A stretch of 63,462 nt of DNA, counting the filler, from Choristocarpus tenellus KU-1152 (lineage: Eukaryota > Protista > Phaeophyceae): the NCBI GenBank assembly GCA_964200185.2. It is 8 parts of 8 records of this genome, joined end to end, with 100 filler letters (N's around TTAATTAATTAA, not from the genome) between each part and the next. Parts side by side here need not be neighbours in the genome. Positions count along the whole stretch, not along the records: positions 33,654 to 59,257 come from CAXNAD020000183.1; 7 more parts are not named here. One strand, 5' to 3'. Both the position numbers and the translations under genes were made by a program. Shown piece by piece: positions 38,382 to 52,292 of this stretch. Each line of letters starts with the position of its first letter. Position 1 is the first letter of the stretch. The notes under the pieces are model-generated. The model saw only the letters and a program-made list of their open reading frames with translations. It had not been told where the DNA came from and made no database searches.

Positions 38382-38533
38382 GCATTTTTCTATGCAGAGT
38401 GGCTGGCAGCTCTGAGCAAGGATGGAGATGTTTCCCTAGGCCTACCAGCTCAGCCACACCTGCGCCCCAGCTATGCTTTTAATGCCATCATCACTGCCTG
38501 CCAAAGGAGCAAGGCTGACAAACATGCGAAAAG
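38382..38533 (+). CDS. Pentatricopeptide repeat (PPR) protein exon
   Basis: CAG/GT; ...PSYAFNAIITACQRS... Confidence 0.85.
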
Positions 38534-39769
38534 GTGTGTGATGGATTCCCCAAAATTACCTACTAGAGCATTGGGCAAAGTAATTTAGAGGCCAATTTCA
38601 GTACCTACGTATCACGTACTTTGCACAAAGCCTTGGTTGTTTCAGGCAAAGAGAACCTGGGGTGCTGAAGATTCCATAGGACTTGGTGGCACAAATGATG
38701 AACTAGAGGCAATGAAGAAGGAAAAAATATGCTCGTGGACAAGTGGGTGCAGTTGTGGATAGAGCGAGGGAGGAGAAATAGGGCATGGGAAGGTGGAATA
38801 GGTGGATTAAAGGGGAATTTACAGATTCAATTGCAAAGGTGTGGTTAATTGGCCTTCACAAGTTGATATTGGTCTGGAGATTGTTAGAACTCTCTTGTCC
38901 ACAGAAGAAACTTTTTCAGAATTTGAAATTTGCATAAGCATCAAGATATTGAGGTACTGCTTCATTGGAGCACTGGTCCCATGTATATCACACCCGTAGT
39001 CTCCGAGTGGTCATCTCAATCTCCGCTGTAGACAATTACTGTGTTGTCCCTGTACATAACATTTTGTGTAAGAAGTTGTGAGAGAATTGAACAGCAGAGT
39101 CTGCTGTAGTATGCTTAAAGATGGCAATAGAGGGTTGGATCAATGTCAGGATAGCATATAGATAGGTCCTGGAGTGAGCATCAAATTGCGATGTTATGGT
39201 GCGGTTTTATGTGTGTGTACATGCATGCATGTGCTCTTGCATTTGTCCACTATTCTGTGGTATCTCAAACTGTACTCTGATACTGTGGTTTTCAACACAT
39301 CCATTTGGCTAACAGAGCTGAAGGAGGAGATGTGGAGTGGGGGGAGTGAAGGATTTGAAGGCAAAAGATTTTTGACAGGGCTACATGCTGTCCCCAGTAT
39401 GGATTTGCTGGGGGGGATCCCTATGTAAGATTGGGGCAACGACAGTGATGTTTGTGAAAAATGTACTATGATATCTGCTCCCCGCTCAGGCTTAGGTCAT
39501 CATACCTCATAGTACCACTTCAAATGGTAGCTATTTAGTCAAAGTTGTCTGGACTACAGAGTGGTTTAGATCATTGTGCCATGCAAAGTATATGATATGG
39601 AGTAGTGAATGTGTTGAATGCTTAAAAATATTCTTGAGTACCGTGCATCTTAAGGCATCCCAATCCCCCATCCGACTTTCTTATTTGTGTATGTATGGCT
39701 CAGTCCCGAGTATAAAAAAAGCTATTCAATGTACTATCCCTGCTCTGCCTGATATTCACACACTGGCAG

Positions 39770-39874
39770 AGCTTATGTAAGCATGCTGCGACATGGTCAC
39801 AGTCCTGATGTGTTCACCCATACGGCATTGATTGATGTCCTTGGGCGGGCAGGTGACTTAAAGGGGGCTTTGCG
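39770..39874 (+). CDS. PPR protein exon (exactly 35 codons, one repeat)
   Basis: CAG/GTGAGT; AYVSMLRHGHSPDVFTHTALIDVLGRAGDLKGALR, a canonical PPR. Confidence 0.92.
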
Positions 39875-41591
39875 GTGAGTAGGGGGGGTAGGACTAGGGG
39901 TTAGGGAAATGTTTGTTAGGCTGGCAGGACTGGTAGAACTCGTTGTCTTTTTGAATGCAACAAAGTATCCCGTACTTTGTTGTGCGATAGGGCTTTGGGT
40001 ACAGAAATTCATGGTGATGCTCAGAGTATTTTGGTTTATTTTTTGTCATAATTTGATTATGGTAGTGCTTTGAATGTATCAACAGATAATGTAGTACTTT
40101 GTGCATCTTTTTTTCTTTTTTTATTATTTGAACTCTTATTGGTGTTTTAAGCCTACCAACAGATATTAGAGTTAATTTTTTTTTTGTCATTTGAAGTACA
40201 CTAGAGTGGTTTGAAGATGCCAATATATAAAGTTCTTGAATGATTCTTTTTTGTACTTTTTGAAGAATTGTTATTCGAAGTAGAATGGTTTATTTGGATA
40301 TACTAATTTTTATATTGAAGTGCTGAACTGCTCATTTTTTTGTTTGCTTGATTTGCAGTATTGCTTTTATAAGATAAGTAGTCACAGAAGTATCTTTAGT
40401 TCATTTAAGAAAAAGGTTGTAGTATAAAGTGTTTTGAATATTACCAGAAGTAAAGTAGTATCTTCTATTTTCTACATGTATTTTAAAGTACAAGAGGGCT
40501 TTGAGTATACTACTTATACTACTTAGTACCAACGAAATCTTTGAAGTATGGTAGAGCTTTTAGTAATAACTACTCAAGAGTGCTCAAATTGCTGTTTCAT
40601 CTCTTTTGTATTGTACCTCAAGGTACAAAACAACTAACCATTGGCTGACACCCACATTCATCCAGAAGGCACACTGAATTTGAAAACGCCGCTGGGCTAA
40701 TTGAAGCTTTTCATTTGTATTGTGATAAGACAAAAAGATATGGAGTCGTGTGTTGAGTGGTTGAATGTGGGGGCAATAGAGCTGTTCGCTTGAGTGAGTG
40801 CCCAGTGGATCGGCACCCACCAGACTTCAGACCTATTGCTTGATACTAGTACAGCACGCCTATGGACGACTAATACTTCTTTTTGACTTATAACAATCTT
40901 GTAGAGCGGGGTGGTGTACAGCTGCAATGATGTTTTGAAATAGAAGCATATAGCTCAGCAGACCGTCAACCAATCCGGGAATTTCCCACGTTATCGCCAA
41001 CTTGGGAGTCCACGCTCGGCTCAGGAGGGTGGTATGATGCTCTATGCATTTCCCCCTGAACTGCACAAAGAAAAAAAATATCGCAAGTACGGTCAAGAGC
41101 TGTCTCTTTGTCCATACTCTACAACTGACTAAACAGATAATCTGTTTTAAACACTGAACTGCAAGTATGTGCTCTTATGAAAAGTGTTTTCTCGTGGTTT
41201 GGCGATCCATGTGAAGCACTGCTGTTTTTGTTTTATGTGTGGGAGAGGAACACTGCCAGTGTGGTGCTGGTGAAACCAATTTTGTTTTGCGTAGGGGATT
41301 AATCAGTACAACAGGTAAGATAGCCTGGTGGGAAACGGCGGCATCGAGGTTGAGGGGAGAACTGAGAATAGGGGAGTTGAATATATGTGTGGAGGCGTTC
41401 CATTACTGCAACAAGCAGTTAGGCTTTTTTTTGTGAGATTATGCTGCAGGGGTCATGTGCTAAACCAGCATCGCAGAATGCGTGTTGTTGTCTAATTCTT
41501 TTCTGTCTACGTTTGTGAGAATGGAAAACACACTTTCACACATTCAGAGTCTACCTCTGAGTGGAGTAAGGAGTTACAAGTCCATATCATG

Positions 41592-41632
41592 GTGTGTGTG
41601 TGTCTGTGTGTCTGTGTGTCTGTGTGTGTGTG
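41592..41632. repeat. Imperfect (GT)n microsatellite
   Basis: Read directly. Confidence 0.85.
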
Positions 41633-41918
41633 CAGGTGCAAGTGCCACAGGTGTTTTTCCTCTTCAGAATAAACAATGCATTTTAATCTATTGTATAATT
41701 TAGGATTTGGGTTAGTGACCTTAGAGGTTTCCACTCCGTGGAGTCCGGGCGTCGATCAAGACAGCATGAGACTAGGATGTTGTAGAGGGCGTAGACTGGA
41801 ACATCAATTTGTTTGTGTAGGGCAGTCAATGTTAATCTGACTCTGCTTGCGTTAGAATAAATCACATGTCTTCTCCAGGCAGGAGAGCCGACTCTTGTAA
41901 TGAGTATGTCAAGAGAAG

Positions 41919-43010
41919 CAGGGCTTTTCAATGGGCCAGGCAGTTAGCATGGCCACTGTCGCCCATATGGCCCGACCATGTTGAAGTGGTCAATGGCCAT
42001 AGACTTGGTCATGTCCAAGCTTAGTTGTACATGACCGGCCAGCAATCCCAGTAATGCTGAGTAGTGAAGGTCATGGGCTCTTTCATATTCAAGACTTGGT
42101 TGTACATGGCAAGCTGACTGCCGCTCATGTTGAGTAATGATAGCCATGGACTCGGTCATGTTGCAATATTTTATCTACGACTGGCCAGGTCATTTTATTT
42201 TTGGCACTTGGGCTGGTCACATCATGGCCATGCCTTCCTATTTACCAATCACTCTACTTGCATCTTGCATCCTATGCAACTAGTGTTAAGCACTATGTAT
42301 ATTATATTTCTGTAGATATTTCTACATTTTTTTCTATTTTACAATTTCAGAGACTATTATAAATAAAAATATTGAATACAAGTACAGTGTCGTTGTGTGT
42401 TTAGTGTTAGGGTGATTGAGGTGATTCATGACTTCAAATGTGCTTAGACACTCACTCGTCAAGGGTCAAACCTGTAAGTAGTAAATGTGCAAATTTAAAG
42501 AAGAATCCACTCGTATACACACATGTATCGACATTCTCACTACACATGCATACGCATTCCTCGTGATTTCGAACCAAGAAAGTCCAGAGAAGATTTGAAA
42601 GAGTACTGTCTATATACACATACTACTGGAGTGTATCTATACCTTTGGCTTGTACACATTTTTCATTGTGGACTACTACAGCATGTACCGGACATGGGTG
42701 GTCTGAACAACATGCCAGAAAAAAGTTGAACTGGCCAGGTGGCAGACATGGGTTGGTACAGTTAACAAGTGGGCATGGTCCGGACATACGAGAGAATGCT
42801 AGACCTGGTCCAGCCGGCAGATCCGGACTAGTACAACACCCAATGGATATGATCTGGATATGTTAAGAGAATGTTTGACCCGGTCCAACTGGTAGACATG
42901 GACTGGTTCAACACCTAGTGGACATGGATTGTGACACATTTCATAATCATGGAACCAATCCGGTTGGCAGATGGGACTATTTTAGTTTGCCAGCTCGGTG
43001 AAAATTCCTG
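41919..43010. mobile_element. Old non-autonomous hAT-like element in a PPR intron
   Basis: Imperfect TIRs CAGGGCTTTTCA / TGAAAATTCCTG; 8-bp flanks AAGAGAAG vs AAAAGGAG (6/8); subterminal repeat arrays at both ends around an AT-rich core. Confidence 0.6.
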
Positions 43011-43783
43011 AAAAGGAGGGAGGAGTGGTAGCCCATAGGAATTTTGCCTTTCCATAGCCATGCACCTTACTCTGGGGCCAAGAGTGTGTTGCTATGGAGC
43101 CAAGAGTGTGATCTTGTCCTTGTGGTCTCTACAGATGTTGTCCATTCTCCTTTCACGTGCTGATAACAAATGTCTGCAGGGTATCATATCATTCTTCTGT
43201 TATTGTTGAAACTTCAGAGATGTACCTCTATGTATGAAGGGTCTGTAGCACAGTTGGATGCATAGTGTAGGCGATGGTGATGACAGGTAGTCTCTTTGAA
43301 GTATGGTATGGCCAATCATTTCCTTGTTTGTCTGAAATACCTTTGCTCTAAGTACTCCTACACATACATGCTGCTCTGGGTAGTTACTAGTAGTATATCA
43401 ATACTTTTCTGTTTTCTTTAACTTACACTGTAGGTTGTTCCCTGAGTGTCTATCCTCTCTCGTAACTCTTTACACTATCATCCATAAACCAATCTCCCCG
43501 GGTACCTACCCCTCCATTCAGCACAACAACAATGATGTGCTGTGTCTGAAGCCCTTCAATATATGCTTAGTCATTGATGCACTGTACTAATTCCAAGTGC
43601 AAGTTGTTTGCAGATGGTGATCAGTCAACTTCTTCAAGAATTAAGGTTTCTTTACTTCTCTCATCTTTCCCGTGCTTCACCATTATCATTTATGGATAGA
43701 AATTGTCTACGCGCTTTAAAAACAACCAATCTCGTCCCATCCGCTCCTGCATGCCATTTCATTCAAAAATCTATCACTACTAG

Positions 43784-43999
43784 GGTGTATTCGTTCATGA
43801 AAAACTCCCCAGCGGCTACAGAGACAGAGCCTGGCCTTGGGGTCCGTCCCAACGCCATCACATATGCAACTGCTATTAGAGTGGGTTCACTCCATCCAGA
43901 CAGCGTAGAGGGGGTGAGGCTCTCTCTCTCTGTGCTGGATGATGCTGAGGTTCTTTTGGCCACAGAGGGCGATGATGGGAAGGGGGTCGATGTTATTGT
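43784..43999 (+). CDS. PPR protein exon
   Basis: TAG/GTGAGT; RVYSFMK...GVRPNAITYATAIRV...; phase 2-2. Confidence 0.88.
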
Positions 44000-44501
44000 G
44001 TGAGTTTGCGGGTGTGCAGGGTGTTGGTATTTTATGGTGGCTTTTTTTGTGGAAGTGGTTTAAGACAGGTTCACTACTGGGAACACTGTTGTGTATCATT
44101 TTAAGAGCGGGGTATGGTGGTTACCAGGCTGAGTGCAGGATGGTGGATGATTTCAATCCTAACTATTTCAACCCTAACCCTGATGTTGTGAGAGTGGTAA
44201 ACTTGAGATTTGGAATTATATGTACAGTATCAATTTTTTCCTTTTTTTTTTCTTAGTTATTATTAAAATAGAGTACCGTAGTCTATATATGGTTGACTGC
44301 ACTAGACAAGTAAGCTCGAGTGGTTGCATTAATTTATAAGATAGTAGACACTGAAGAGAGCTCATGTGTGTACATAAATACTCCAGGGCATACATCTTTT
44401 GTCTTTCTGATCCGAAACTTGACTCTACCCGCCTGCCTGGATCATGATCATGCACAAGACATATTAACACAATTCCCAATTGTGGGCTGTACTTGGTCCA
44501 G

Positions 44502-44627
44502 GTACAACGCAGCATTGTCTGTAGCTACACGTAATGAAGCGGACCTGGTTGCAGGGAGGGTGGTTCTTGAGAGAATGAAAGGGTGGAAGGTGCATCCCAA
44601 TGAACACACAATCAATATCGTTGCCAG
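44502..44627 (+). CDS. PPR protein exon
   Basis: CAG/GT; VYNAALSV...VLERMKGWKVHPNEHTINIVAR. Confidence 0.88.
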
Positions 44628-45051
44628 GTATTCACTTCGGGATGCATGTGTGTGGGGAGAGGTGGGGGTGTGGGGGAGAGTGGTGATGAGAGATTGGTTA
44701 CCCTGTTGTAAAAGTTCGACGTGTCTCTGCCAATAAATTTAGTTCCTATTTCATCACATGAACTGGCATCCTGTTCCATCTGTGAGCGCTTGGACATTGG
44801 TCCCACCTCTTGTTTTTCACCACCTTTTTGCTTTTTTTTCCTGGTTTGTTGTTGCTTCATGTATCCATTGCTCTGATGAATATTCTGAGCTCTTACATAT
44901 ACATACTGATTAACTGAAAAGTGTGAACATGGGTACACTTAAGGGGAACCTCGATACTGGCAGCACAGTCAATTATTGCCCACAGAATCAATGTCCCCCC
45001 CACCTACCCACCCCCCACTCTCCCTGCACCCTGTGCATGAGGGTGCCCAAG

Positions 45052-45145
45052 GCTTTTGGGTGCTGCGGGTTGGGAGGCCTATGGGGAAAAGACTCTAGAG
45101 ATGTGGGTTCAGGAGGGTCTCCTTTCCGAGCACATGCAGGAAGAG
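45052..45145 (+). CDS. PPR protein exon
   Basis: AAG/GTGAG; RLLGAAGWEAYGEKTLEMWVQEGLL...; phase-consistent. Confidence 0.7.
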
Positions 45146-46041
45146 GTGAGAGGTCAGGGTTTTTTTATTAGAGGTTTTTTTGGGGGATGAGGTGTGTTGG
45201 GGGATGAGGTGTGTTGGGCAAACCTAATGACTGGAAGTGTGGAGTGGTTGTGGATGAGGAGATGGATGCAGAGGCAGAGTAGGCTGAGTTAGAGTTATGG
45301 TTAACTTTTTTGGTGAAAATGGGGGAGTTGTGGATTGGTGAAGTGGCAGGTATAGATTTACTGCTCGAGGGTTTTTTTATTACTACAATGTATACTGCTC
45401 CAGAGCAGTGTGCAATATGGGGTCTTGTGTTATTACAATTAAACAATCCTATTTTAATCCCTGGTATTGTTGTGAAACATTGTGTGGATTGTTGTGCAAT
45501 GCTCTGGCACAGCCTTTGAGTTGAAGGAAATGAAGGAGGGAGGAAGAGGGCAATGCTAAAATGTACCCTTGTAATACCTAATCAAGGGAACTTAAAGGAC
45601 TGGATAAAAAAAAAAATCTTGGAGTGGTACTCCTGGCAACCTGTAGTGTAATAACAGCTTTTTTGTGGCATGTGATATTGTTACTTTGCTTGATTGTATG
45701 GCAGTGTGTAGTGTGTTGGGGATGGTGTGTAAGATGACCCTGCAGCAGAAGGGGAAATCTGGTGCTTTTTCTAGGACTGGGATGGGGGGGAGGGTTCTGA
45801 AATTTCAATCTGTGGATGCCCCCCTGACACAGTTTTGTTTTGTAGGTTCATCTTTGGTGTATGTGTGCGCATGTGTGGACTTGTTGTATTTGCAATTTTC
45901 TTTTGTAATTTGCATCTACATACATCTATACACCCCCCTCCCCCTCGTCCCACACAAAAATGGGGAAGAGGGAGGCAGACTCTTGACAGGCAGACGAATC
46001 ATCCCCACCTCCCAATTTGATTTCTCCTTGTGTTGAGGAAG

Positions 46042-46400
46042 GTCAGGAAACTTCAAGATTTTAGTGGCACTGCTGACACAACAACAGGAGAGGCAGCCAC
46101 TGTGATAGCAGAAGGTGCACTCCAAGTGCAAGAAGACCTACTTCCGACCCTTGGGGAAGAGGAGTGGAGTGAAGAGAGGGAGGGTGAAGCAAGAGGAGGA
46201 CAGAGTGAAGGCATCAACACTGGGTCTTCCAATACTCTTGAAAAATTGCAAGTGCCTGATGAGGGGCGTAGTTTCAGCAATAGCGTCTACAAGTACCGCC
46301 TGGATAGGACTGAGGCTCTGGGAAGAACCAGAATTGCAGTTCCAGATGGGGGGGGGGGTTCACGCCAACACCTTCGACAGCTTATGAGAAGGATTCAGGG
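46042..46400 (+). CDS. PPR protein exon (low-complexity acidic insert); 3' boundary uncertain next to the 10-N gap
   Basis: Open frame in phase with the previous exon. The phase to the next exon does not reconcile, possibly from a gap-edge error or a missing exon. Confidence 0.6.
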
Positions 46401-47137
46401 GTAGGANNNNNNNNNNGGGGGGTGGGTGAAAGGCCGGGAGTGGGTGTGGGGGGGGGGGGGGGGGGGGGAGGATCGAGACCTGGGGGAAAGTATGAGAGAT
46501 GCCTTGGACCAGTGTCCTCAGAGGAGCTTAGGGACCAGGTGATGTTTGGGTGGTTTTAGGACCCAGGATCTGGTGCAGCACAACCTTCTTAAGCTATGCT
46601 TGGGAACTGGGGAAAGGGCTTGGAGTGGGGCACATTTAACTGTGTCCATCGCATCGGTAGTGTGGAGGTAGTTGTGGTTAGGGTGTTGGGTGGGCTGCCA
46701 CTGAGATAAACTGAGGGTATGTGGAGAGGTTGGTTGGTGACGAGGATTTCATGGGTTTTGACCCTAGACTTCGTGTTCGTTGCTATTGTGGTAGATAGGC
46801 TTGTAGAATGGTCTACCCTTTCCAGTTCTTTTTGATTCTTCCTCTACATAAACTGAAGTGGTGTGGTGCTACTATATTATTTGTAGGTACAACAAGTTGT
46901 TCTGGTGGATCCTTCCTCCCCCCAATGGTGACCGAATGCATCAACCTGCTCAACTCCTGTGTCAAATAATGTAGGCTGATTGAGATATTACTCACAGGGT
47001 CATCAATTTACCTAGTCAATTTTCCCCCGGCTCCTCATCCCACCCCTCTTGCACCAATTCTCATTCCGTTTGCCTGTTGATATTTGTAACGATAATGATA
47101 ATTAAAATAACTAATTTGACTATTTGAACCTACAAAG

Positions 47138-47365
47138 GTGGTGAACCATGACATTGCCAAACTTGTATCAAGGATACGGGAGGCTGGGGGAGGGGTGGGG
47201 GGAGACACATTGCCGAGGGCAGTGGGAGAGGTTGAAGAGGCTAGCAGGAGTTGGAAGATAGGAGGAGGCGTGTCCAGGACAGGGGTAGGGGCAGGGGCAG
47301 GAGCTTGCAAGACAGACTTCGAGACCTTGATACATCATTGTAGGAGGCGCAAGTGGCATCGCCAG
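47138..47365 (+). CDS. PPR protein exon
   Basis: AAG/GT; VVNHDIAKLV...DFETLIHHCRRRKWHRQ. Confidence 0.7.
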
Positions 47366-48718
47366 GTGGGTACTGGAAGATTCATCCCCCTGATAGAGAG
47401 ATGTATATGTGTGTTTATGATATGTGCTGGCTTGAAGTATTGCCACCTTGCAAGATGTTATGATATCTGTTGTTTATGAGAAAGTCCGGTGAAAGGATAA
47501 GCAATACCTCAGTATGGGTTTTATTCTATCAAAAAAAACTTGAGATTAGTGAGTAGGCACGATGGCGAGAGGAATGCTCCAATAGGAGTTCATATATACA
47601 CTGCTGAATTTATATTGGAAAGAGTTAGTTGTGACCGGAACAGAGTATGATGGTTGTGGTTTGAATTTACCAAACAAATCGAGTGAGAAAATATCTCCTA
47701 TCGGTTAGGTTGGTTTTAGATCATGTGCTGTTTTTGTTTTTCATTTTGGCAGGAGGGAAAGTGTTCAAGGTTTGGGACATAGATGATGCAAGCATGCTGG
47801 TGGAAGATGAAGGTCTAGTTTAATTGAAATTGCTAGCTGAAGATGGGGTTTGACCTTCTGCTCTTATTTTGTTAAAATCACTTGTGCTTGACTGTTCTTT
47901 GGAGTGGTTTGAAATGGTTGTAATGAAATGTTGTCAACTTGTTGCAATGGTGTTTGTGCAGATGGTTGTATGGGCTTTGTTTGTGTTATCCACCCAGCAT
48001 TTAAAATCCTTTGCGTTGGCAACTTAGCATCCGTGGAACTTCCCACTTTGAACTTGGGGTGTGGAACTGCCATTTTTTCCTGTACTAGCAAAATTGTAAC
48101 CTCTTTCAAATGAGCCCGAACAAAAAAAAATGAATTTTACAAAAAAACCCGTCATGAAAATAACAAAACAAGTATCGCAGTCCACAACAGTTGACAAACC
48201 GACAGCATGTTGATACTGCAGTATCAATTACTACAGTACATCCCACTATCATAATCCACCAGTAGTTGCATCTAAATCAACGATGATATGCAAAGTTAAC
48301 CCTCCTTTCCCCTAACTGTTTGGTGATACTATTTCTATTATTTGTAGTAACTACCTCACTAACCTACTGCAGCACCCACTACTTCATGTACGTTTGAAAC
48401 ACACTAAATTGTACCAGTAAACATTGTGCTTGACAGTCAGGGTCTTTCTTTGGCCATCGAGAATTTCATTGTGGTAGGGGGCAACCAAGCAACCCTGAGA
48501 GGATATAAACACAGACACAGATAACACACACGCGCGCGCGCACACAAAAGAAGAGAAAAAATCATCTCTCACCCACGCATGCACACATGGGGTGCTATTG
48601 TCGCATCCAATCATGTGCGGAAAGCAATATATATATTCTGTTGTTGAAGTTACTTCAATGATTTAGGCATACATCCTATATCTGCTATCACTGCCTTTTG
48701 CCCCTCACCTGATCTAAG

Positions 48719-48872
48719 GTGCTTACCATTCTCTGTTCCATGACATACCTTGCTGATCATGGTGCCGGAGGATTTGGGGCTGGGGTATTGGCTGTGTTCA
48801 CAAGTGTTCCTGGGGCTAGCCCCAGAGTCAAGACTGGAGAAGGAGTTACCAACGGAGCTTTATCAAGTGAAG
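48719..48872 (+). CDS. PPR protein exon
   Basis: AAG/GTGAG; VLTILCSM...; phase 0-1 fits both neighbours. Confidence 0.65.
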
Positions 48873-50970
48873 GTGAGAGGTGGAGCAGGTGGAGGGTGGG
48901 AAGTAACATGTTTTAAATAGTGCCGTGAATCAAGAACTCAATACTTCAAGTTAAATTGGCTGTAAAAAAGTTGATACAGGTGCTCCATTTGACAGCACCA
49001 CGAGGCGAAAGGCCCCAGGGTGATCAAGGGCCCCTCCGGACGTGTAGAAATATTTGACATGCACTCATTTCTGTGCCCTTTCTTATTTACTAGAAGCATC
49101 GTCTCCTGTAATATTTGAGATGAACTATTGCCTGAGTTTTGCTCAAGAAATATTGAGAAATTTGTGACCGAGGGGTTGTATGGAATGATTTATCATTGTT
49201 TTTTTCAACATTTTTTATTTTATTTTTCATGCATGTCTACTGATATTTTGAGATGCGATCAAAGGAGTGAATGTACACGTAAGAGAACATACATTCATAT
49301 TGAACACAACAACCAACAATGGGGTCTGTTGTGTTCACAAGTCACGGCATATAGAGGAAGTTACAAATGAGACCTTTTGACAAAGCATGCTTGATATAGA
49401 AGTTATGGCCACATTGAAGTAACGAGAAGCAAGAAAAAAACTGGTACATCTATTGTTCTTATTCCAACTAGAACAATAAATGTAGCTGTGGCTACACTGT
49501 GCTGCTGTGACACGATTCCTTCAGTCTTCAGGTGGGTAGCTGCCCATTTTGCTTTCTTGGGAGCCTCTCATGCATCTATCTTCAGCCAGATGCTATGTAG
49601 GAAGACAAAAAGGAGCTGGATATTGTTAGGGTCCAGTTTTTTCTCTTCGCTCTCGTGATACTCTCAGATGATGAGAACATTCGCTCCGAGATTTTGTCAG
49701 AGCAGCATGGATGATCAAAATACTCTGTGGTCAAGTTTGGTTGTGTGTTGAAAAGATGAAGCCCTTTCTCGTCTCTACCTGAGTGGGTCAATGAAGCAGC
49801 CTCTCACATCCTCTGTTTGAAGGCATGTCACCTTCAGGCTTGATCGATAGCACATAGTGTCGTGGAACTATGTTATCGGAACCACTTTGCTATGTATTCA
49901 GTAGTTGTGATCGAGGTAGCTTTTGGAGTGAACGTATGTTTTATGTGGATTGAATTGAACCTCTAGCCCAGAACAGGCGGAGTTTGCTCCTAATACTTTG
50001 TAGTAATATGGTCCCTCTGCTGTAGTGATTCAGAAGTAATGTTGGTGAGTGAAAGAGGAGTCTCACCAACAGTTTTCAGTTACTATCCATGATATAAGCT
50101 TTGAAGCGCTGTAATAAAGCTCTTACTGGATACTTTCACCAGTCGTTGTTGCACATATAATGAGTGCAATATATGAATTCCTATATAATATACTACATGG
50201 TCTCATTGAAATATTTGTAGCCAGTTTAATCTTAAAAATAACTTCTTTTGGGCCACAACACTAGAGGCAGTACCATCATTAATGTAGTAGGATGTTTTTT
50301 TTTGTGATGTAGAAGTCTTGCCCATCTGGAAGACTGGCATGTTGGTGGAACAGTGGCATCTCAATTACATTTTGACAAAATCAGAGGTTACGGGAGAGGG
50401 ATGTAAATGGAGTGCGGTTTAGTCAGTATGACTTTGACTGAAACTGTCAAATCATATTGTGTAGATATTATGCCATCAGTGATTAGCATTAGTATGAAGT
50501 CATAATGATCTGCTGACGACCTCCCTGAAAACCTTTGGCAACACTATCTCATTTGTTTACAAGATCGGCACCTTCTTTTCTGCTGGAACCCCATTTGGTA
50601 TCTTCAATCAGAAGGGTTTGAAACCTGGTTGAGGGGGGCTACTTTCTTGACTCACTACACCTGGAGGAGTAAGAAATGAAATTATAGGATCTGAGTGATA
50701 CGAGGTATCCTGTGTGGTTCAAGGCAAGGAGCCAAGATTGACATGACCATTGGAGTACTAGATGAGGAAAATTGTGAGAGGGAAGGCCCACAAGTTAGAC
50801 TGAGATAGCACCCCGGTCTGTTGTTGATTTTGTCATGACATAGAAACACATTAATTTTGTACAGCAGCAAGCAAGATTCATAACGCAAACCCTGAACAAA
50901 ATCTATATCTGCGATGTTAAACGTGGCTTTTTGCCCCTTGATCCTCCTTGTCTTTCACCTGCTGGCCCAG

Positions 50971-51148
50971 AGGTGGGAAAGTTAGAGCATGGCAGCTGCA
51001 GCAACAGCAGCAGCAACAACAATCTAGGCCCTCGGGAGGACCTACGTCCTGACAGGAGTACACTTCACCATGCTCTTGAGGCGTTGCTAGACATGGGGAA
51101 GGCGAAAGAGGCCTGGTACCTTTTATGTGAGACGGAGAACAGCGGCGG
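50971..51148 (+). CDS. PPR protein exon
   Basis: CAG/GTGAGT; LRPDRSTLHHALEALLDMGKAKEAWYLL, a PPR motif. Confidence 0.82.
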
Positions 51149-51388
51149 GTGAGTAGGGTATAACGTGTGAGGGTTAGGGAGAGAGTGTATGTAAAAAATG
51201 TACACTTTTGAAGTATACATGTGAATATCCATGACTATGGGCACAATTGTTGTCCTGCAGGGCTCATGTTATGGTGATACCTGTAGGTGATGAATATTGG
51301 CAATCACTATAGAAAAATACACTTGAAAGGTATACATTGTATCTACTGTTGCTGGTGATCATGGTAGCTGAGAACTCTGTTTGATAGA

Positions 51389-51425
51389 TGTGTATGACAG
51401 GTGTGTATGACAGGTGTGTATGACA
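51389..51425. repeat. 13-bp tandem repeat x3 (TGTGTATGACAGG)
   Basis: Read directly. Confidence 0.9.
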
Positions 51426-52191
51426 AGAAAATGTTACTAATGACCTCCAATAACATGATAGCTGGAAAGAGGAAGAGGTGTAGTATCATTTTGAAATGAT
51501 CACTAGAGAGATTTGTTGTTGTTATGGATGGCACTTTAGCCTCATACATTGATTCGAGTGGGGTATGCTCTTCTGCTGACCATCTATCTCTAGGTTAGTA
51601 TATATTAACCTCCTGTGTTTTTGTAGCAACAGTGATACAACATGTATCATGGGCACTGTGGTCATGTGATGAAGTCGCAACAAGAGTCACTGAATTGCTA
51701 AATGCTGAGATGCCAACCTGACCTCGTGGATAGACCTCATTGTGGGTGTTAGAAGTCCCTTGGAGGCCATTCCTCACCCCAAGCAACAGGAAAGCAGCAA
51801 ATAGATGAGTTTTATAGACTCCTGTAGTGGTACAATGTATTCTTGAGGACTAGTAAGGGTGATAGATGGCACACTGCTGTTTGTGGGTAAGTATATTTGA
51901 TAATGCATTTCCTTGTCTACCCATTGATCAAGACCCTAAGGAATATGAACTGTGTCCAAAGAAGGGATAGAGCTCTAGAGCCTACTATATCATACTAGTA
52001 CAATGACCTATAGATATAGCTCTAACTCTTGGTGTGTACAGTTGCTTGCTCGCTCCTGCCCCCCGGTCTCATCCCTGTCTCTATCCAGCTAAGCAATGTC
52101 ATTTTCTGAAGAACACTACAGCAACTTTTTCTTCACCCCATCAACTGATCCCCTGTTCCTCAACAGTCGCCCTTGTTATCCCCTCCTCAAG

Positions 52192-52292
52192 ATGGTGCTG
52201 TTCTTTTTGGAGTGGGATGGAGCTTGTGTGTGTGTATTTTTTTAAGTCCGCAATTATGGAGGACCCCCAGACGAGATTGGTGTGGGTAGTAG
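52192..52292 (+). CDS. PPR protein exon (tentative)
   Basis: AAG/GTAGG; a phase 2-1 exon is required to join 51148 to 52964. Confidence 0.5.

Noticed and set aside
44170-44182. Telomeric (CCCTAA)n repeat
   Set aside because: Only two units, which is expected by chance.
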